A DNA stretch of 64,000 nucleotides, taken from Peribolospora baueri (lineage: Eukaryota). The position numbers and the translations under genes were made by a program. The number at the start of each line of letters is the position of its first letter. The stretch's first letter is position 1. The DNA is taken from contig JAMDHS010000035.1 of NCBI GenBank assembly GCA_029717555.1, positions 1 to 64,000 of the forward strand. The letters run 5' to 3'. Below the pieces are notes generated by a model that did no database searches, was not told where the DNA came from, and saw only the letters and a program-made list of their open reading frames with translations. Of this stretch, positions 1 through 10,884 are shown piece by piece.

Positions 1-457
1 TTTTTTTGTTTTGTCGCACGTACTCCTTCTCTGTTCCACGTCTTTACCTTTCCTCCCGTCAACAGCTGTTTCACTGCTCTTGTCTTTTTAATATCCACGT
101 TACGAATTCGATGAGCATCTCCACCGACCCGTACACGCGCCGGACGGACGCGTGTCACGCGCGCGTCGCGTCGCTTCGTTTCCGGGGACACCACCGCGCT
201 ACCTTTCTGTTTTTGTTCGGAGCTGCATCGACTCAGAAGCAGCTTGTTGTTTCTCTCTCCCACGCAGGGGTGCTTGAAATGTGTCGCCGTCGCCGTCGTC
301 GTCGCCGTCCCTGTTTCGTCTCAGAAGAAAGGTCGGTCAGGGCCTGCGGCTTGTTAGACACGACGTTCAGAGCACAGCGTCCACGTCGAGTCGACGACTC
401 AGCTTTGCTCGTTGGATCGTCTGAGAACCGTAGGCAGACCACTGTTTCTCGTCCACA

Positions 458-1918
458 ATGTGCTTCCTCAGCTCTGGCACCAGCTCCATCTCTTCCTATC
501 TCCCCAGTCCTCGCTCAAGCCCCCGCTCCACGACGCCTAACACCGCTTCGTCGAGCACATTGACGGCGCCCATGCCTTTTTGCCTCGCTCGCCAGCGTGG
601 GCAACACCGGCGTATCTGGCCCCTTTTTCTCCACCACTGGCCACTTTGCTACCCGGTGCAGGCCAGCTTCCCGGCCTTTCCTGAAGGTGTGCTGGAGCGG
701 ATCGTCGGATTCGCCGCCGAGGACGCCGTCTCTTCTGCCCACGCACTCACGCTCGTCTGCAAGTGCCTCAACCGGTGGGCGACGCCAGTGCTGTATCGGC
801 GCCTGTTCGCGAGGCGTCACAAGAGCCTTGCGCTGCTCCTCGAGCCGCTGGAGAGACATCCCGATCTTGGACAACTGGCACACCACCTCTTCCTCGGAGA
901 CCTCGGCTTCACCGCCGTACAGGCGACGACGGCCGGACCATCGGAGAGCCTGCTAGCCGCCCAGATAGGTCTCGTGGAGCGCCTGCCCAACCTGCGCACC
1001 GTGACGTTGCTCAACGGCCATCGCCGACCCGAGGACCTCTGTGCGCTGCTCTCGAGCTCTTCCGCACGTCCGACCGAACTGGTGGCACAGCTGCCTTCGA
1101 CCGAGGTCGTCCAGGCGTGTTGCTCCCACCCGTTCGTGTCGGACGTCACCCGACTGCACCTCCTCCTACCCACCCTCGAGCCGCCAGCAGCGGCGGCCAT
1201 CATGGCCATGCCCAAGCTGACGCACCTCTGTGTTAGCGTCGACTCGACCGCTTTCCATTCTTTGCTTTCCGTCTGCGCCGAAGAGATTTTTGGCGGCCGG
1301 AGGAGGAGGAGGGGGAGGAGGAGGGATCACTCGCTCCTCGCAGCCGGATCCTCCGTATCCGGATCCGGATCCGGATACGGTTGCGGCTCGATCTCGAGCT
1401 CGAGCTCCAACTTGGGCGCCGGCGCCGATGGGTATTTCGATTCGACGACACTCAGGCTCGAATGCGATAGAAGGGACGACAAGGTGAACGATTTGAACGG
1501 GCTCTCCACCACATCGTCGTACGGAGTTGAAGCGGAGGGAGACGAAGACGGTCGTAAGGGCGACGGCGACGACGGACTGGACGATGGGAAGAAGGCCGCG
1601 ACGAACGAGGACGAGGACGACAAGAACGTGGAAGGGCGGCGACGATCGACGTCGTCCTCGAGCGCCCTCTCATCTTCCTCCCGTCCAATCCCGCTCGCCC
1701 CACTCCGCACATTCCTCCTCTCTCCCAACCACCGTCTCTCAAACGCGTGGGCCAGAGCGCTAGACAGGACGTTGCGTGGCTTGGCGGAGAAGCTGACAGA
1801 CGGCTCTGTGGAGGTGGGATTGCCGCAGTTGTTGGATGGCCGGTGGTATACGAGGGGAGGGCTGGAGGATTGGTTGGAGAGGACGAGAGGGGGGAGGGGT
1901 GGCTGGGTGCTCGAGTGA
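458..1918 (+). CDS. F-box-like / LRR-type fungal protein with an internal low-complexity insertion
   Basis: 486-aa ORF. FPEGVLERIVGFAA...ALTLVCKCLNRWATPVLYRRL resembles the basidiomycete F-box-like motif and is followed by LRR-like segments (LPNLRTVTL, VTRLHL, MPKLTHLCV). The start could instead be the ATG at 572. Confidence 0.6.
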   Translation: MCFLSSGTSSISSYLPSPRSSPRSTTPNTASSSTLTAPMPFCLARQRGQHRRIWPLFLHHWPLCYPVQASFPAFPEGVLERIVGFAAEDAVSSAHALTLVCKCLNRWATPVLYRRLFARRHKSLALLLEPLERHPDLGQLAHHLFLGDLGFTAVQATTAGPSESLLAAQIGLVERLPNLRTVTLLNGHRRPEDLCALLSSSSARPTELVAQLPSTEVVQACCSHPFVSDVTRLHLLLPTLEPPAAAAIMAMPKLTHLCVSVDSTAFHSLLSVCAEEIFGGRRRRRGRRRDHSLLAAGSSVSGSGSGYGCGSISSSSSNLGAGADGYFDSTTLRLECDRRDDKVNDLNGLSTTSSYGVEAEGDEDGRKGDGDDGLDDGKKAATNEDEDDKNVEGRRRSTSSSSALSSSSRPIPLAPLRTFLLSPNHRLSNAWARALDRTLRGLAEKLTDGSVEVGLPQLLDGRWYTRGGLEDWLERTRGGRGGWVLE

Positions 1919-2220
1919 TGGTGGGCGGGGGCGGGGGGAATGGTGGGAAATAGTGGACTGACGGACATGGGGTCGGAAGGGTAAATAGAAATTGGTTGGT
2001 TGGTTGGATAGAGCAAGAGTTCCGGTGCTGGCTTGGCGGGTGGATATGGCCGCTGTTGACTTGGGACGGAAGCTGACATGAACGTCAGCATAGAAGAGAG
2101 GAGACGGAGAAGAAAAAGGCAAAGCAAGACTAGCGGCTCCAGCCTGGTCTTTACATGCTGTGCATTATGAATCATAGATGTCAGCGTGCAAAGCGTCCAC
2201 GTCCCTTGGGGAAGAAAGAA

Positions 2221-2243
2221 GAGAGAGAGAGAGAGAGAGAGAG
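2221..2243. repeat. (GA)n microsatellite
   Basis: Uninterrupted GA run. A similar run lies at about 5231-5253. Confidence 0.9.
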
Positions 2244-2318
2244 AAAATTAAGAGGCCGGTCGGAAGGTCTCGTGTATTCATCATCTTCATAACCATGTCA
2301 CTCGTCCTTGACGTTGTT

Positions 2319-3020
2319 TTACAGGATGAATGCAAACACGGCAGCCGTCACAGAGCCAAGCAGCGCAGCGGCGCCCGCCTTGGCTCCGCTCACGATCGCA
2401 GCGCCGTTTCGAGCATTGGAGTTAGAGCTCGAGTTGGAGCTGGAGCTGGAGCTGGAGCTGGAGCTGGAGCTGGAGCCCGAATCGCCGCCATAGCTATTGC
2501 CGAGGACGTAGATGCCATCGTCAACGATATAGTTGTTACCGTTGATGTAGCACTTTCCGTCGATGATATCGCCTCCGGGACAGCATTGACCATCGACGCC
2601 CCACGTCTTTCCGGGACAGTATTGGGCAGCGACGTGGCCGTTCGCCTCGATCTCCCCCGAGGTAGGGTTGGAGGTGGAAGAGGCGGTGGCGAAGGCGCTC
2701 GTCCTGCGCGTGGCCGTGCCCGCACGGATACTGCTCTCGGCGGAGGAAAGGCTGCTGCTGAGGCTAGCTTCGACCGAAGACAAGCTAGAAGTAAGGCTGG
2801 AGAGACTCGAAGTGAGGGCGGATTGCTGGCCGGAAAGGCTAGAACGAAGGGAAGCCTGCATGGCGGACATGCTGCTCTCAAACGAGGCCTGGTCGAATTG
2901 GGGGCGCGGGGCGCGATGATGAAGCGCCGGCGCCGGGGTGGGAGTGGGGGTGTGCACGGCGATGGCGGCGACGGCGGTGAGGCCGGAGACGAGGAGGATA
3001 GTGCTCGAGGCGACGTGCAT
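2319..3020 (-). CDS. Secreted Ser-rich, probably GPI-anchored cell-surface protein (233 aa)
   Basis: Signal peptide MHVASSTILLVSGLTAVAA, Ser-rich helix, 4-Cys module, poly-Ser linker, omega-like NG site, then hydrophobic C-terminus AAALLGSVTAAVFAFIL. No intron. Confidence 0.8.
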   Translation of the reverse strand: MHVASSTILLVSGLTAVAAIAVHTPTPTPAPALHHRAPRPQFDQASFESSMSAMQASLRSSLSGQQSALTSSLSSLTSSLSSVEASLSSSLSSAESSIRAGTATRRTSAFATASSTSNPTSGEIEANGHVAAQYCPGKTWGVDGQCCPGGDIIDGKCYINGNNYIVDDGIYVLGNSYGGDSGSSSSSSSSSSSSSNSSSNSNARNGAAIVSGAKAGAAALLGSVTAAVFAFIL

Positions 3021-3088
3021 GGTCGAGGCGGCCGAAAGAGATCGTATCGTAGGGAGGCGTGAAGAAGAGAAAAAAGAGAAAGCGCGCC

Positions 3089-3095
3089 CTTTATA
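3089..3095 (-). promoter_or_regulatory. Candidate TATA box of the GPI-protein gene
   Basis: TATAAAG on the minus strand, about 70 nt upstream of the ATG at 3020, in a GC-rich context. Confidence 0.5.
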
Positions 3096-3649
3096 CACGC
3101 GCGTTCCGCCCTCGCCGGCGGCAGTGACTCAGCCCTCGTCTCTGTCAACAGAGGAAGCACAGGAGGCGTCGTCCATCAGGGGACGGACACATGCTCGAAT
3201 CTGAGCGACCGATGACGGCGCTCACGGCGAGCTCCGTGGACTTGGCGTCTAAGTGTCTCCTTATACGGATGCGATGGCGACGCCGAGCGGCAAATGGCAG
3301 GAGTGTGCGGAGGAGCTAGGCCCGCTAAGGAGGTGCTAAGCGTGCCACATTGTGCTCGGTACTCGAGTGTTGCTGTGGTGGCACTCGAGTGCGCATCAGT
3401 TCGTCGTGCTCGAGTTGGCTTGTAACAAGCGGGTGGCGCGGAGAGAGACGATCGGCGCCGATCTGAGGGCCGTCTAGATTACAAAGATAAACGAATTCAA
3501 AGAAGACGGATGAGAACGGAGGTCCTCGGAGAAAAGGGACGCAGCTACGGGAACGGAGGCGCCACGTGGCATTGCACGCGCCTTGTCCGGCCGTCGTACG
3601 TGCGGCCCCCTTGTGGAGCGCGTCGATCACCTTCCTCGAAAGGATAAGG

Positions 3650-4613
3650 ATGGCGATGACGCAGGACACGGTCAAGGAGAAGGAGGCCTGGCTTGTTTCC
3701 TACATGGCCAACCATGAGGTGCGCCGCGTGCTGAGCATGCCAGCTTAGCTCCGTCCGGTCGCCTTTGCTTCGGCGCCCACCACTGACCACCCACCCAGCC
3801 CACCCTTCCTCCGTACGCTAGGCCGCTCTCGCCTCACTCGCCAAGGCCCATGCTTCGCTCGCACGCACTCCTTCTTCTGCCCGCCTGTCCTCCATAGATG
3901 CCCGTCAGATGACCATAGCCTATCGTCTCGGCGCGGCCGACGCCAGCGACACCAGCGACGCCAGCGACGGAGAGCAGCAGGTCTCCATCCCCTTCTCACC
4001 CCCGCTCAAAGGCTTCGAAGAGGTCAGAGAGAGGGTCGTCGGTATGGTCGCCCAGGCGGGCGGGGATGTGTCTGCCAAGGTGCGTGTCCTCTCTCTTCTT
4101 CGACTCCCTCCCTTCCTCTAAGCGCTCCCCCGGACCGACGGGTGTGTTTCTCTCTCTCCCTTTCTTCCTACCCAGCCCGCTCGCCTACCCGCCCCGCCCT
4201 ACCGCTTTCCCGCAGACTGGTACATCACCGCCTCTGCCCTCCTTCTCTACACATGGGTCCGCTTCAGCGTTCCCGAGTCTTACGGCGGCACCATCCGCCA
4301 AGCTGTCGGCGGAGACAAGACGATGCGATCCCTCGACGCTGTTATCGTCGTCGGACACGTCGCCGAGTCGGTTTATATGGCTGCAAAGTGCGTCGCTGCC
4401 GGGTCCAGGTGGAAGGATACGGTGAGTGTACCCTCCCATCGTCTTCCTCCGTCTCCTTTCTGGCTCGCGCAGACCTCCCCCTCGCTATCACTATCTCCAC
4501 AGCTCCTCTGGTCTCTCACCACCTTCATCCTCGGCTTCCCCGCCTTCAAGGAATGGAAGGTCGTCGCAGCCCGTCAACGACGGCAGGCCGCGGGGAAGAA
4601 GAAGAGCTCTTGA
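3650..4613 (+). CDS. DUF2470 + TMEM254-like membrane protein (4 exons)
   Basis: The spliced frame reads KEAWLVSYMANHE|AALASLAKAHA...ARLSSIDARQMTIAY...VSIPFSPPLKGFEEVRERVVGM (DUF2470-like), then VIVVGHVAESVYMAAKC...|LLWSLTTFILGFPAF (TMEM254-like). GT-AG introns at about 3719-3821, 4080-4175 and 4422-4502. Confidence 0.75.
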
Positions 4614-5033
4614 AGAGCTCTTGGCCGCTCGACGGATCCTCTCCTTTCCTCCTCCTACGTACATTGTCATCGTATCGTACAAGCGATCGATCGGCCAGCG
4701 TTCGTCGTCGTTTGATTGCTCGTTGTCAATTAAGCACGTTTGGAAGCTGCAATTAGGAACCGTACCAAAACGCTCCGAAGATAGAACAGAGCAAGAGTAG
4801 AGCAAAGATCCTTGATTAAATGGCGCGGGCATGACGCGCGTCTCGCTTCGAAAGCGAGGATTAAGGAAGGGGGGGAGGGGGGGTATATCTACACAAACGT
4901 TCAAGGCGTCCAACGTCATCCGAGGGAATCGTTCGCCCGAGGGGCGGGGGCGCGGCCAGACAATAAAACACACAGATAGCTCAAGAGCCGTCTCATCTCG
5001 TAATTTCAATACTTCTTTCCACCGCGCCTCTTC

Positions 5034-7723
5034 TTACGCTCTCGTCTCCTCTCCCCATTCCCTTCCACTTCCACTCCTGCGGCCCTCCTCGGCCATCTTG
5101 GCTTTCCAAGCCCTCTCGAAAGCCCACCGCTCCTCTTCGCCCCTCTCCTCGTCCACGCCCCAGAGCAGGATGAGCACGGGGAGGAGGACCATTGCTGCTA
5201 AGAAGATGAACCTGCGCACAAGGGAGGTGTGAGAGAGAGAGAGAGAGAGAGACGAAACACGTCACGTCAGCCGAAGGGCAAGCTCCAGGGAAGACGGCCG
5301 ACTCACCCGTTTCGAATGTCGTCCGTCTTGTCGCTGATAAAAGCGATCACCAACGGACCCACAAAACTGGACCCTTTGGCGGTGAGAGAGTAGAGAGAGA
5401 AGAGCCTGCCTTCGTGCGAGGGAGGGAGGAGGGCGGAGAAGACGGTGCGGGCGTAGGATTGGAAGGCGCCCAAGAGATGGCCTGAGCGAAAGCAACGGGG
5501 TATGGAATGAATAGGCGCGGCGCGTAGAGTGAGCCGCCCCGTCGTTGAAAGAGGACAATCGACGAAACACAAGTCGGAAAAAGACGCTAATGGCTCACCA
5601 AAAAAGATGGTGCCGACATACATCTCCTTCGGTTGAGTCAACCCTCCCCATCCCCATCCGAACAGACCTTTCTCCCTGACGCTAGGAATCAGCCCCAGAC
5701 ACCCGTACAGCGGGATCAACCCGGACAGCGCGACGATGATCTCAAACGTCCGCTTGTTGCTCGCCCCTCTAAGCACATATGGCTGTACGAAGAAGGGCCA
5801 CAGCAGGGCGCCTACGATACCCGACAGCGGCGCCGCGACGGCGAGGAGGATAATCGACGACGAGGGCATATGCAGGATCACCTTTGAGAAAAGGATCGCC
5901 GTGGAGACGATCGTTTGGAGGCCTGGCGGACGTGCGGAGGAGAAGGGCGAGCAGATCTCAGAAGCAGAGCCGGTCGTCCTCCCCTCCCCGCCCCTCCCCC
6001 GCCGGATCACTTACCATCGCTGAGGAAGAACCAAGCGGCCAAAAAAGCGGACAAGCATCGCAGCTTTCTGGCCTCCAAAAGCAGCTCCCACAAGTCCTTG
6101 CAGCTCCTTCCCGCCTCTCTCAACCATCCACACCCACACCTCCACGATCGCCACGACCGCCTTGCCCGACCCGCCTTTCCGTCCCTCCCACCGCCACGGC
6201 CGGCGCTCTTCCCGGCCCGGCTCGGCAATAGCGCGGCAGAAACGCCGCCTCCGATGCCCCACACAATACCAGGAAAGGCGACGACGAACCTCAGGGCTGT
6301 CGTGTCGCTCTTCTTGTCCATCCGATCGAACGGTATGATGAGAAGGAGCAGGAAGCTTATCGCCACAGCGTAGCCTATCGCGACGCCGCGGGAGGAGACG
6401 CGCGAGGTAGTGAGGGAGAGCAAGTCGTGGTAGGCTTGGGACGGGGTGTGCAGTTCCGAAGGCGGGATCAGGACGGAAGAGGCGGAGGAGGACGGGTCGG
6501 AGGGGTCGTTCGACGACCTGTCTATCAGAGGTCGGTCTTCTTCGTCTTCTTCCGACGCCCGGGAGTCGGAAGAAGACGCGTGCTCCGAGTCGTGGCTCGT
6601 TCGGACTCCCCATTCCACTGCTGGGTCATAAGGGCCTGCCCCATTCCGTACTCCCTCGCCGCCGTCCTTCAAAGCGCCGTCGGACGACGAGGAAGGAACC
6701 GTGGAGCCATTCCGGCCGTTCGCGTCGATGCTGCGCCTGCCCTTAACATGCCACTCTTCCAAGCCCTTCTTGTACACCTCTCCCCAGCCTCTCACCAAGC
6801 CTGGAAGGTAAGCGTTGAAAGCAATCATAGAGCCGCCATAGGAGGTGTTGGCGATTATGGCTAGAAGGGCAACGAGGGGCCAAACGACGGAGGAGGCAGA
6901 GAAAGGAGGCGCTAGGATGGCTATTAGAGCGATTGGGCCGGTGACGGTAAAGATGCTGAGGAGGCGATGGCGCTGCCGGACTGCGAGGTAGGAAGACGAC
7001 AAATGGACATGGATACGACAATCAGAAGGATACGTCGCAGAGGGTCGCCTGACCTTCTTGTTCCAATCGCAAGATCCGATGCTCCTAATAAGCTCCGCTC
7101 ACCATCATCCACAGCTCTCGCAATACAAATGCTCAACACAGCCAAAGCGGCCATGCCGGCACTACTGGTATATAAGCTGAACGCGCTCGTTTCGATCCAC
7201 CTCGAGCCCCATATCCTCACTTCACATCTGCTCTCGGGCGGAGGAATCGGAGGAGGCGGAGGAGGGGCGCCGGGCGAGACTGGTTTGGTGGGTACGAGTA
7301 GATCTGGAGGGGCCACGCAAGGCTGGTCGTGTGATGGGTAGAGATAGCCGTTGTCGCGGGCGTATTGCTCGAGGGCGATTGGAAGAAAAAAAGTCATTGC
7401 GCAGACTGCGAACACCTGGGAGGACAGGGGAAGAGTCAACACAACAAAACGTAACTATGAATGGAAAATCCAAGAAGCTAGGTCTACTCGGCTGGGTTGC
7501 TCACCTCGGAACAGGCTCCATAAGCATACCAGGCCCAAAGCTGGCTCTTCTTTGTCCTCGTCAACACCTTGGCCGCTGTGCGCGTTCCTTCGTCGCCTCG
7601 ACAAGCATCCTCGTCTTCTTCCTCGTCTGACACATGGGGTTCAGGATCGAGAGTCGCGAGGCTGTCTGCCCTGGAACGAGTCGGCGGCGGTGAGTTGGAG
7701 GTAGAGACGTCTGGAAAGACCAT
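5034..7723 (-). CDS. ATG22: Autophagy-related protein 22 (vacuolar MFS amino-acid effluxer), multi-exon
   Basis: Characteristic Atg22 motifs: [71 protein letters not shown], and QSYARTVFSALLPPSHEGRLFSLYSLTAKGSSFVGP. Confidence 0.9.
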
Positions 7724-8626
7724 GGCCGTTGGCGCCGATGGCCTTTTCCTTCAACTGCCCGTCGCCTTGGGCAAGGGCAGCTGCGTCAGAATCCCAAGGA
7801 CGGCCGCAGTCGCGATTAATTTGACCGGCACGTGCTTGTCTGCTTACGTGAGCTTGTCGAGCGATCGCGGGCTGTGTTCATTTCGCCGCCCGTGCACGTC
7901 GTCGTCACCGTCGTCGTCGTCACCGTGACGACGACGATGGAGCCACTTTTTACGCTGAGCGAGGACAGCCAAGTCGGAGGATTGGACTGCTTCGTGGCGG
8001 GCACGAAAGCCGGCTTTATTAATACACTCTCGCGCCCCTCGCCGTCCTCATAACGACTGCCGACGTACACCGCCAGATATACACTACGACACTTGATCGA
8101 AAGGCGGAGGCCCGCTGAGTACAGACTTCTCCTTGCGACGTCCCTCGTCTCCTCCACTCTTAGTACAACCTCTTTTGGACGTTACTTCGCCTCCCCTTTC
8201 CTCTCCTCCCTCTTCCTCCATCCCATACACTTTCTCTCTCCTCCTTTCACATTCTCATCGAACGAGACCCATCCTCGCCTCACAAGTGCAGGTCTTGGAG
8301 CTCTTTCGACGTTCTTTTGGTCTTTGGACAGTTTATTCTTCTTCCTTTGCTCTCAGGCCGACTGGATCGCCTTTCTTACGACACTCACTTTTTCTGTGTC
8401 CGCGTTCTCACGGTGAGTGTGCTCTCGCGGGCTTTATCCGGAGCTCACCATGTTGCTCAACGAGTAGTCGATATTCGAAGCCCTTGACACCATCGCCTCT
8501 TAAACTCTTTTCTTTAGCGTTCTTGGTTGAACGTCTTTGATCTGATCTCTTGTCATCTTCACCGTACATTCTAGCATTCGACAGCATTTCGATAACGCTC
8601 AATCTCGTCCTCCAACCCTATCTTCC

Positions 8627-10884
8627 ATGTACGCCGTCGAACGTCCCTTGATGGCACCATGGCCATCGGGTCAGCGATCCTGGGGTCTCGACGCTACACC
8701 CATTCTTCCCAGGCCCACTTTTACCCCGTCGCATGCACGGCAACCCACGTTTCCCAACCCTTTCGATTCCTTGTACGACTCCTCAGCTTCGAATCCAGGC
8801 CCTCGCTACGACGCAAGAGGATACGATTCCCAGGCATCCCAGTCTGATTATCTCGCCAGCCAGCCCTCGCGCTTCCTCGCGGGCTACAGCGACCACCCTT
8901 CTCCCGGCTTAGCCTCAGCCTCTGCGTCTGCTGCCCCTCCCTCTCGTCACCGCCCCGGTAAACACCGCGCAACAGCGATGGCAGGTGCCTCGCGCGACTT
9001 TGACACCAATTTTGTGGATACTCACCAGGGTCGACCTGATCTTGACCCGCTCTTATTCCCTTGGGTTGAGACCGGTCCCAGCCCGTATAACGCCGCTGCC
9101 ACCGCGCTGTCGCAGGCGTCTGGGATCAAGCCGAATGCGAGTGCCCGTACACCTGTGCCTGGTGTGCCTGGGACCGTTTCGTCAAACGCCGAGCGCACGA
9201 TAGGCATTGAAGGTGCTCCGCTGGTCGATGAGCCGGAAGAGATGCACGAAGGGGAGCTGCGCTGGGTACGAGGAGGTAACGGCCCTTTGCCCGCCTCCGG
9301 GGCTTCTCAGTTCACCTCTCGCGGGGAGGGGGGAAGGGGCATGAAAAGGGCGGCGACAACCGCTGGGACGTGGAAGGACAGCATGAAGCGAGATGGTGGC
9401 GGGCGTCTAGGCGACCAGGACAGGAGTTTACGTACGGTCGAGTTGAACAGGAGCGGAATCGCGGCAAGCTACTCGGGTACTAGTCGGTATCACGCTCCGC
9501 AGTCCGGGTACCACATGGAGAGCGCCGCTTCTAAGGTGTTTTCGCCAACCGGGCAGCCTGTACGTACAGTTATGCGTCTCCTCCGCCTTCCTCACAGCTG
9601 CTCATCGATGTCGATGTAGTCAGCTTAGTTAGTTGCTCAATGTTCTTTCGTCACTCCCTGTCTCGCCAGCCGGTGGGATATCCTAAGCAACGCCACTTAG
9701 GGTTTCGGGGTCCTCCGCTGGGTCCTCCGCAGGTTCCTCCGCTAGGTCCTCCGCATGGCCCTCCACAAGGCTACAAGTTTCCTCCCGCTGGCAGCGCTCC
9801 ACCGAGTTCCTATAGACCCCCAGCCGCTCCCTCCAATAGCTCTTCTGGGCTGCACACGTTCGGCCGTTCAGCCTCGGTGGGACGCTCAGAGAAGGAGAAG
9901 GAGAGGGGAAGGAAGCAGAGCTCGACTGGGAGTGCTGGGCGGCCCTGCGCCGACTCGCAAGACCGCTTCGAGCGCGCCGCTGTAGCCAAGGCTGCCGACA
10001 CTACGTTGGAGTCGGAGGTTTCGACGGTTGTAACAATGCCGAAGAGGGTGCCGAGCAAGCTCAGGAAGGTGCATCCGCCGCAACGTGAGGACAAGCAGCA
10101 GCGCGGTGGCTCGCTCTCGCGCATAGCAAGCTTCGTCGATGGCGACGACGATATGGACGACGCGAACGTAGTGATCCCATTCCATGGTGGTCCTCCGTCT
10201 ACGTCTCCGTTGTCGTCGTCGTCGGCGGCGAAAGCAGCAACGTTTGCGGTGGCGGTGGCATCAAAGGTGCCACCGCCAAGTGAGACACCAATGCAGAGTG
10301 TGGAGATGAGCCAGCTGACGACCTCGCTGTCTCTGTCTCCCCTCATGCCTGCTTCCCGTGCCGTGCCCATCAATGTGCCGTTACCCGTGGGTTTCGACGT
10401 CATCGACCGTCATGTCGTCCAATCGTTCTCTTATCCGTCCCCGGTCCCTGCTCCCACTTACCCGGCATCACACACTTTCTCCGTCGCCTCCCGTCCCTCT
10501 TCGTTCGCAATTTCGCCTTCACCGACGGCAACCTACGCCCAGCCACAGTCATGCTCGATCAGCCCAGGTCTGAGCAGCCCCGGCTGTGGAGGAATCGGTA
10601 TCTCCGACTCTGACGTGGGGGCGGGTGATTGGGGTAGGATGAAGGAGAAGGAAGGGAAGAGGACAAGGTGGGATTCAATGGAGGATCGGTTTGGAGGATC
10701 GCCTCCGCTGGTCGGACGGGCGGTCACCCTTACAAACGCCAACCTACAACCTTTGAGCGGTAGCTTCAAACTCATCAACGAGATGAAGCCGAAACACAAG
10801 AAGGTTTCTAGCACGTCTTCGTTCAAGGATCACTGGCACACTGGGTCGATGAAAGGATGGAGAGCGCTATGGCACATGGCCTGA
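8627..10884 (+). CDS. Hypothetical Ser/Pro-rich low-complexity protein (2 exons)
   Basis: ORFs 8627-9559 and 9670-10884 are joined in phase 0 by a GTACGT...GCCAG intron (9560-9669). No recognisable domain. Contains a GPPx tandem repeat at about 9709-9772. Confidence 0.55.
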
